Shown here: piece by piece, positions 57,788 to 64,000 of the stretch
Layout: each line of letters starts with the position of its first letter
How positions within the stretch are numbered: the stretch's first letter is position 1
Sequence record: LR588166.1
Length of the DNA stretch: 64,000 bases
Reading direction: 5' to 3' (one strand)
The notes under the pieces: generated by a model
What the model was told of the DNA's origin: nothing
The model's input: only the letters and a program-made list of their open reading frames with translations
The model's database searches: none
Translations under genes and position numbers: made by a program

Positions 57788-59128
57788 ATGAATATTGCAG
57801 AAATACAAAAACACAAAGGGATTAAACATTTAGATAACTTAACACTCACAGAATTAGTATCATTTGTTAATTCCATGCATGAAGCTACTATAACAGAAAA
57901 AATAGACGGTTACTATTTATGTATGGGGTTAGATAATATAGGTTTATTCACATCCAGGGAAGGTAAGGGCGGAACTAGAATTTATAATATTTCTGCATTA
58001 GAAAAGACATTTAAGAATGTATACCATATAATAGCCCACACCCTGTTAGAACAAAATAAAGACATTTTAATTAAAAGTGGATTATCAGTTGGAGATATAT
58101 ATGAAATCGAAGTATTATACGGGAAGATACCCAACGTAATTGAATATGACGGCATCAATCGAATTGTATTTTTAAGAAATTTAAACGGCAATTCGTTTGA
58201 TTGTGTATCTACAGCAATGAATAACATAAGAGATTGTGTTGAGTTGTCTATACCTGTAGTAAATGACAATGGTGTAGGTTTTACTGAAGAGACGAGCATA
58301 ACAGAATGGGAATTTTCTAAATTAGAAAGTATAAAACTATCTAATCTTAATCTTCAATTAGATACAATTTTAAAAGATATAGTAGACTTTGCTAGTTCTC
58401 CTTCTAAAATAGAAGGGATGACTAATTTAAAGTCAATTGAACTTAAAGTGACCAGTAGGTTAAATAGCGAGAAGGTTACTGAAGATAGCAAACAACTCAT
58501 TAAAGATAATAGAGAGTATATTTTCAACAAAACAAAAGAGTTTTCTTCTAAGTTAAAAGAACGTATATTAAATGATATATCTTTAAAATCTAATTTCGGT
58601 GCTACTTTTGTAGAAGGATATGTAATACGTACACCTAGTATGCAAGTAAAAATTGTAGATAAGACTTTATTTACTGAAGTAAATGAATTTTATCATATGT
58701 ACAGTAATGCACTTTGTAGATTGGCAACGAATGATAATATCTCCGGACAAACTTCTCTATTTAGTGAAACTTTTATAAAAGTAGGCAAAGTCCTCGGCAA
58801 TAAAAATCTAGGCACAGTTAGGCGCAAACAAGTAAACATTGATGATAGAATTCTAAATAATATAGATAAAAATGTAATATTAGGAATACTATCTGAATCT
58901 ATAAACGAGCTAGACACTTTTACTAAATCTTATTTAAACAGATACAAAGATATGGAAAAAGTGGTATATAAATCGTATATGAAATATACATTTAGATATA
59001 ACGATTCTGTTCATACAAAAACATTAGAAGCAATTTCTAATCTTAGGAATAGATTGTATAATGCGAAAGAAATAGTTAGTAATTCTAGTTCTGTAAAAGA
59101 ATTATTTAACAAGTTGGCGTCTATATAG
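57788..59128 (+). CDS. ATP-grasp ligase-like nucleotidyltransferase (RNA/DNA ligase family)
   Basis: ITEKIDG (motif I, KxDG), EIEVLY (motif III), EGYVIR (motif IV), VKIVD (motif V). Confidence 0.6.
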   Translation: MNIAEIQKHKGIKHLDNLTLTELVSFVNSMHEATITEKIDGYYLCMGLDNIGLFTSREGKGGTRIYNISALEKTFKNVYHIIAHTLLEQNKDILIKSGLSVGDIYEIEVLYGKIPNVIEYDGINRIVFLRNLNGNSFDCVSTAMNNIRDCVELSIPVVNDNGVGFTEETSITEWEFSKLESIKLSNLNLQLDTILKDIVDFASSPSKIEGMTNLKSIELKVTSRLNSEKVTEDSKQLIKDNREYIFNKTKEFSSKLKERILNDISLKSNFGATFVEGYVIRTPSMQVKIVDKTLFTEVNEFYHMYSNALCRLATNDNISGQTSLFSETFIKVGKVLGNKNLGTVRRKQVNIDDRILNNIDKNVILGILSESINELDTFTKSYLNRYKDMEKVVYKSYMKYTFRYNDSVHTKTLEAISNLRNRLYNAKEIVSNSSSVKELFNKLASI

Positions 59129-60148
59129 ATGGCACATTTAAGTAAAACTCAACTATTAAAAAGAAATAATTGGGATATATTTCTTAATAAAATAGAAAAT
59201 AGAGAGTATTTTACACTAGTAAATGGTAGTAAAATAAAATTAGGATATAAGTCTACTGTAGCTAATTCTAAATTTGTTAAATTTTTACGTTCTTCGGGTT
59301 TAGAGAAGTCGCTAGAATCGTTAAAAAATGGGAATAAAATTGTATTCCCGTCCGGTAGTGATACTGTAGCCCTTTCTGAAATATTAAAATCTAGTGAATT
59401 TGGCGGAAAACCCGGAAGCAAACAGTTATTAGAAAGGCAAGAACATTCCTTTGTATCTATAATAAATAATGAAACAAGTAGTTGCCCTGTCACTATTAAT
59501 GCTAATTTAAAAATAGAAAATGTTACAAATGCATATAAATATAGTGGGAGAAACAGTTTAGGAAAAGAACCGTACACTGATGTTGTTCTTAATACAGTTA
59601 ACGGAGCGTGCTACAATATAAGTATGAAAGGTGTTACGTCACCGTCTATAGCAGGCGGCGGTCTAGCAGGCATAAACGTAATAGCACCCGGATTTATGAA
59701 CGAACCGTTGCAATGTGCTATAGAATACTTTAAAAACAAAGGATATAAACAGGGTCACGAATTTTCTAAAAATGACCCAGCGGATGTATTTTATAAAATT
59801 CCAGTTTCTGTTGCTACTAAGATAGTAAAAGGTACAAAAGAAATGGGAGGACCCATAGATTATCTATACATAGGTCCCATGGATGTAAAATATTCTGTTA
59901 CAGATAATGTAATTACATTTAATGGTAAATTTTTAACTGTTTCTGATTTAATAAATTCGGAAGAATTATATATTAGGATTAGGCGACGGTCAAATGACCA
60001 GACACTAACATATATTGATGTAGATACATTTGGATATCCTAGCTTATTTACTAGTCAATCCGAGCCTAACAGACGGATAGAAGTTTATAAGAAATCCCAA
60101 ATGCCAAGGAACGCAACAATAATTAATAAGGGTTTACAATGCGATTAG
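59129..60148 (+). CDS. Putative PD-(D/E)xK nuclease-like protein
   Basis: LKSSEFGG; EPYTDVVL...YNISMKG...SIAGGG (D-x-S-x-K variant). Confidence 0.45.
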   Translation: MAHLSKTQLLKRNNWDIFLNKIENREYFTLVNGSKIKLGYKSTVANSKFVKFLRSSGLEKSLESLKNGNKIVFPSGSDTVALSEILKSSEFGGKPGSKQLLERQEHSFVSIINNETSSCPVTINANLKIENVTNAYKYSGRNSLGKEPYTDVVLNTVNGACYNISMKGVTSPSIAGGGLAGINVIAPGFMNEPLQCAIEYFKNKGYKQGHEFSKNDPADVFYKIPVSVATKIVKGTKEMGGPIDYLYIGPMDVKYSVTDNVITFNGKFLTVSDLINSEELYIRIRRRSNDQTLTYIDVDTFGYPSLFTSQSEPNRRIEVYKKSQMPRNATIINKGLQCD

Positions 60149-60384
60149 ATGAAATACAAAGTAAAACTCCTGTATCCGATATTACTAAGGATATAGCTTT
60201 CGATAAGAGTTTATATCAAAAGGTCATTAAAATAATTAATAAGAGAATTAAATTAGGCGACCTCGGCGCCAGCGCAGCGAAACGGTCTGTAATAAAACGC
60301 TGGAAAACAGGCGATCGCATTGCGCAAGGTTATAATGCAGATTTAAGTAAAATAAATCTATCAATATCGGACGTATTAAAATAA
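60139..60384 (+). CDS. Small hypothetical protein
   Basis: Overlapping start; MRLDEI N-terminus. Confidence 0.5.
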   Translation: MRLDEIQSKTPVSDITKDIAFDKSLYQKVIKIINKRIKLGDLGASAAKRSVIKRWKTGDRIAQGYNADLSKINLSISDVLK

Positions 60385-61097
60385 TGAGCGGAAATGCATT
60401 TGGTCAATTAGAACCGGTGAGCTTATCGGTATTACCAGATATAGTGTTGTCGTTAGAAAGTATTCTTAGTTTATCTTTATCGAATAATTATTTAGGATCT
60501 ACTGGAAAATTTCCAGTAACAGGTGATATAGATTTAGCAATAGATAAAGATTATATAACGTTATCTGATTTTAAATCTTTATTATTATCTTCGTTTGGTC
60601 AAGAAAATGTAATCCAACATGGCGGACAGCCATCTTTCTCTGTTAAATATCAGCACACTGATACTAAATATTATCAGGTAGATTTTATGCACGGGGAAGT
60701 TAATTGGCTAAAATTATATTATTTTAGAGATGAAAACTCAGCATACAAAGGATCTCATAGAAATTTAGCAATTTCTGGAATTTTCCAAACACAATTCTTG
60801 GATCCCACTACTGATTATGTTTCTAGATATATATGGTCGCCTGTTAGGGGTATGGTACGAATAAATCGATATTACGATACATCTATACCTGACGTTACTA
60901 TATCGCAAACTACTCATCCTACTTTAATAAAATATGTACTAGGGGCTAATATAAATTCTTTAGAGGATTTATATAATTTTATTCCGTATTATGAAGGAGA
61001 TCCAGAAGCGACGTATTCTGCTATAGCAAATAATTTTAAAAATGCTAATATAGTGGACGGTTTTGTATTTCCTACAGAAATACAAAAATATATTTAG
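60384..61097 (+). CDS. Pol-beta-superfamily nucleotidyltransferase-like protein
   Basis: LGSTGK...TGDIDLAID (GS..DxD) and YYQVDFM (third Asp). Confidence 0.7.
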   Translation: MSGNAFGQLEPVSLSVLPDIVLSLESILSLSLSNNYLGSTGKFPVTGDIDLAIDKDYITLSDFKSLLLSSFGQENVIQHGGQPSFSVKYQHTDTKYYQVDFMHGEVNWLKLYYFRDENSAYKGSHRNLAISGIFQTQFLDPTTDYVSRYIWSPVRGMVRINRYYDTSIPDVTISQTTHPTLIKYVLGANINSLEDLYNFIPYYEGDPEATYSAIANNFKNANIVDGFVFPTEIQKYI

Positions 61098-61104
61098 GAT
61101 TTTT

Positions 61105-61536
61105 ATGTCTAGTTATCAATCACGTTTTGACAAAATTATGTCGTCTATAGACAATACAACTAATATAAAAGTAGACTGGGATGACATAAAAAACAATGGA
61201 ACTCAAGCAGAATTTCATAGAAAGCACAAAGGCGAAGTTATATTTGGATACAACTTCGGCGGAAAATTTTACTATAAACACGGCAATGTAATTAAGTCAC
61301 TTCCGTATCCCGGTCTAGAAGAGAGTGTATCTTTGCAAGAAAGTAGACCTACTAGATTAATAGACCTTATTTCTAGTATAGGAAAGAGTGATTTTATAAA
61401 AGATATAGTTTCTATAAAATCTACAGCCAACGGCATAGTTGCGTTAGTTAGTACAACGGATGGAAATGCATATGAAATAACTCTTATTCCGGCAGAATAC
61501 TCTACAAAATTTCCGGAAAAAACTAATAAACAATAG
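61105..61536 (+). CDS. Hypothetical protein
   Basis: AGGA RBS before ATG 61105. Confidence 0.55.
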   Translation: MSSYQSRFDKIMSSIDNTTNIKVDWDDIKNNGTQAEFHRKHKGEVIFGYNFGGKFYYKHGNVIKSLPYPGLEESVSLQESRPTRLIDLISSIGKSDFIKDIVSIKSTANGIVALVSTTDGNAYEITLIPAEYSTKFPEKTNKQ

Positions 61537-61602
61537 AAAAAGATAAATAACTATAGCTACAAAGGAAACTTTGTATAAATTAATTAATGGAGAATATTTA
61601 AC

Positions 61603-61905
61603 ATGGTACAAAAAGTACATGGCGGCATCTTAGCAGGTACTAACTTAACTGGTCATCTGCAATATCTAAAAATCGAAGTTGCTAGCGTTGACGTAAACCC
61701 GCAATTACCTAACAGCGTAGCAGAACAAGTATATCGCACTGTTTCTTTAAAATCGACTCTAGTTATTATAGAATTCGATACCGGTGTAATGCATGTTGCT
61801 GTAGAAAATGCTGGCGACGGCTGGACCAAGGCAGACCTAGAAGCTGCATTAACTGCTGCTGGTTTGACTGGTACTGTTACTGTAGGTAAGTTTACTGTAG
61901 TTTAA
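61603..61905 (+). CDS. Small abundant virion protein (candidate head decoration protein)
   Basis: ATAAATA, GGAG RBS, strongly biased codons (GCT/ACT/GGT), followed by a hairpin. Confidence 0.55.
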   Translation: MVQKVHGGILAGTNLTGHLQYLKIEVASVDVNPQLPNSVAEQVYRTVSLKSTLVIIEFDTGVMHVAVENAGDGWTKADLEAALTAAGLTGTVTVGKFTVV

Positions 61906-61928
61906 TATAGTTAACTTAAATGAAACTT

Positions 61929-61955
61929 GAAAGGGCTTAATAAGCCCTTTCTTGT
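61929..61955 (+). terminator. Hairpin/terminator
   Basis: GAAAGGGCTT-AAT-AAGCCCTTTC-TTGTT. Confidence 0.6.
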
Positions 61956-62023
61956 TCTTAGTGTGTAGAAAAAACTTTACATATGCGATAAATACCTATA
62001 TAATATGTGTATAGGTAATAGCA

Positions 62024-62488
62024 ATGACACAAAAAATTCATGGTACTAGTAGTGCCCAACAAAATCTAACTGCCGATGTACCCTATTTTATTGTATATGC
62101 GCAATCCGATAAGGCATATACTGATCCCGAAAACGCAGAAGGGATAAACATCTTAGTAACAAATAATATACATGATATAAGCCAAAAGAATTTCGAAATA
62201 CTTCTTCAAAGTATAGGTCTCAGAGCTATGCCAGTTATAATGAATAATCCTGTTCCTGTTGCTAATTTAGCTGCATATGGTGCCCCTACATTAATTGGCG
62301 AAGGATTTGTATGGAAATTTGCATGCGAAATGCCGGAAGTGTTTACTAATTATAACCCATACGGTACACCCGGAACAACTGGGTTATTAGTAGACGAACT
62401 AGATGGTATTATATTGCCGTCGGGTACCATCATAAGAACATATGGGTCGGGTTTAAACATAGAATTTGTGAGATCTTCATTAATATGA
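62024..62488 (+). CDS. Virion protein with an N-terminus paralogous to 61603-61905
   Basis: MTQKIHG...QNLT vs MVQKVHG...TNLT; own ATAAATA motif. Confidence 0.55.
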   Translation: MTQKIHGTSSAQQNLTADVPYFIVYAQSDKAYTDPENAEGINILVTNNIHDISQKNFEILLQSIGLRAMPVIMNNPVPVANLAAYGAPTLIGEGFVWKFACEMPEVFTNYNPYGTPGTTGLLVDELDGIILPSGTIIRTYGSGLNIEFVRSSLI

Positions 62489-63111
62489 ATAAAATAAAAT
62501 TAGAACAAATATTAAAAGAACAATTCGGTTTAAACGAACTAGAATTACGTTCATTTATGAAATATATTTCATTTAAGGATTTTGTGGCATTAACTGAGAG
62601 TCAAGACCACATAGATTCTGACATTATAAAACATATAGTAGAATCGTTAGATAATAGTTATTCTGCTGTAAGGGATACTTCGATTGCACCAAATCAACAA
62701 CAAAAAATTACTGCTGCTGATTTAACTAATTTAAAAGATACTCCTAATTTTAAGAAATTAAAAACTGGTGATAAACTTACAATTGCTAATCCCGAATCCG
62801 GAAATCCTAAAGATGTAACAGTAAAAAATAAAACAATAGCAGGCAATACTATTACTATTAATACTTCCGATGGCGGTTCAATTGTTCAATCGGGTGATAG
62901 TATAATTCCGGTTACTCCTAACATGTCTGCAGACGATGCAACAAAAGAAATCGATCGTATAAAAAAATTAGCCGGTATATCTAACGATTCGGCTGTAGAT
63001 GAATCATCATTTATGTCATCTGCTGCTATAAGTGGTGTAGTAACTCCATTAGGTGAAATAAAACGTAGACATAAGAAACCTAAAAAGCCCGGTCCCAAAC
63101 CAAAAAAGTAA
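62485..63111 (+). CDS. Hypothetical protein (probably virion-internal)
   Basis: ATGA overlap; RIKKLAGI motif; basic tail. Confidence 0.55.
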   Translation: MNKIKLEQILKEQFGLNELELRSFMKYISFKDFVALTESQDHIDSDIIKHIVESLDNSYSAVRDTSIAPNQQQKITAADLTNLKDTPNFKKLKTGDKLTIANPESGNPKDVTVKNKTIAGNTITINTSDGGSIVQSGDSIIPVTPNMSADDATKEIDRIKKLAGISNDSAVDESSFMSSAAISGVVTPLGEIKRRHKKPKKPGPKPKK

Positions 63112-63112
63112 T

Positions 63113-63568
63113 ATGCCTAAAAAAATAAACAAAAAGAAAATATTAGAGACATTTGATGAAGTAATATCATCTACTATACTGTCATTAAATGAAGATGAGT
63201 TAGAATTATTAGCAGATAAAAAGAATGAATCTGTATATGGTAGTTATGTAATTAAATATAAAAATGATAAGTGGATAATAGTTAATTCCGATACAGCAAG
63301 AAAAGAAAACATTTCTTTTAACTTATACAGTACGGCATACTGCTATGCTATGTGTATGGAAAAGAATTTAATAAACGGAAAAAGAAAAGTTCTAAATTGG
63401 GAATCTAGTTACACAAAACATTTAAATGATATAGTTCATTATTCGTATTCTAAACGATTTGCTAATTTAGAAGATACTTGTATGTATGATGACAGAATTT
63501 CTGTTGCTAAACACAACATAGTTAAGCTAAAGCGCGCAATTAGATCCTTTAGGTTATCTAATAAATAA
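63113..63568 (+). CDS. Hypothetical protein
   Basis: Operon-coupled ORF. Confidence 0.55.
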   Translation: MPKKINKKKILETFDEVISSTILSLNEDELELLADKKNESVYGSYVIKYKNDKWIIVNSDTARKENISFNLYSTAYCYAMCMEKNLINGKRKVLNWESSYTKHLNDIVHYSYSKRFANLEDTCMYDDRISVAKHNIVKLKRAIRSFRLSNK

Positions 63569-63604
63569 TGATAAATATATACAAAATTATAAGGTAATTT
63601 AGCT

Positions 63605-64000
63605 ATGTTTTTGAAAGACGTTAAAATTACAGAATCAAAAAAATTTAAGAAAATAAATTCGATGTTAAAATCGAGTTACGGTGTATCGTTATCTGAGTCG
63701 GCGTCTGTCGAAGAACTAGAAAAACTCAAAGAATCTGTTGTAAAATCAATTATTAATAATAGAATCAATAATATTTCTGCATCGTCACCCGAGCATGCTA
63801 AATGCATTTTAATGAAAGAAGGCATTGATACTTTGTTAGAAATGCATAGATCAGTAGATGGTAGGGTAGATTCGGCATCATATAATAATGTATTATCTAC
63901 TCTATTTAAAGATGCAGTAAATTTATTAAAACAAGGCGATGACATAGACGATGCTATGAGATCCACATTAAATTCGTATCGTTCTAGTTCATACAGATTT
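63605..64000 (+). CDS. Hypothetical late protein, runs off the window
   Basis: ATAAATA twice and AAGG upstream; MFLKDVKITESKKFKKINSML... open to the end of the window. Confidence 0.6.
   Translation, partial: MFLKDVKITESKKFKKINSMLKSSYGVSLSESASVEELEKLKESVVKSIINNRINNISASSPEHAKCILMKEGIDTLLEMHRSVDGRVDSASYNNVLSTLFKDAVNLLKQGDDIDDAMRSTLNSYRSSSYRF

Noticed and set aside
1687-63966. Many short antisense or nested ORFs in the track (e.g. 1687-2073, 8248-8607, 23839-24402, 26410-26811, 53141-53590, 59149-59577, 63676-63966)
   Set aside because: They shadow well-supported genes on the opposite strand, lack an RBS and show no recognisable motifs.
1-64000. Alternative genetic code (TAG or TGA recoding, seen in some jumbo phages)
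   Set aside because: Core genes are full-length under code 11, and TAG and TGA end genes cleanly at operon junctions; the only broken core gene (uvsX) is explained by the split intein.
1-64000. CRISPR array or tRNA genes
   Set aside because: No regularly spaced direct repeats and no cloverleaf with a proper T-arm found; GTTCGAA at 10421 lacks the T-stem.

Overview
AT-rich (about 30% GC) 64-kb segment of a large, T4-related (jumbo-type) myovirus, probably infecting a Gram-negative host (SAR endolysin plus spanins). From left to right it holds: the end of a tail-fibre gene; a minus-strand neck/tail-completion cluster with three paralogous tail-fibre genes; a GC-rich intergenic structured-RNA candidate; a convergent lysis cassette; an early accessory block (YqeY, KTSC, DHFR, glutaredoxin, exonuclease, rIIA/rIIB, M3 oligopeptidase); morphogenesis genes (gp13, dNMP kinase, sheath, tube, gp4, terminase, head proteins); a recombination/replication block (gp32, UvsX, UvsY, UvsW, clamp-loader small subunit, miniature DnaE-like protein, primase, helicase); and a block of putative virion-associated enzymes (ligase-like, nuclease-like, nucleotidyltransferase). 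The main observations are: (1) uvsX is fractured by an atypically split intein (17-aa N-fragment) around a Vsr-like endonuclease gene whose RBS sits in a hairpin containing a late promoter; (2) an unannotated 50-aa ArfA-like ORF has an intrinsic terminator before its stop codon (a non-stop-mRNA design) and lies downstream of a riboswitch-like pseudoknotted RNA; (3) a roughly 270-nt structured ncRNA candidate; (4) a T4-like pseudoknot in the gp32 leader; (5) two nuclease genes fused to a Mom/GNAT-like domain. All calls come from reading motifs by eye; no searches were run.
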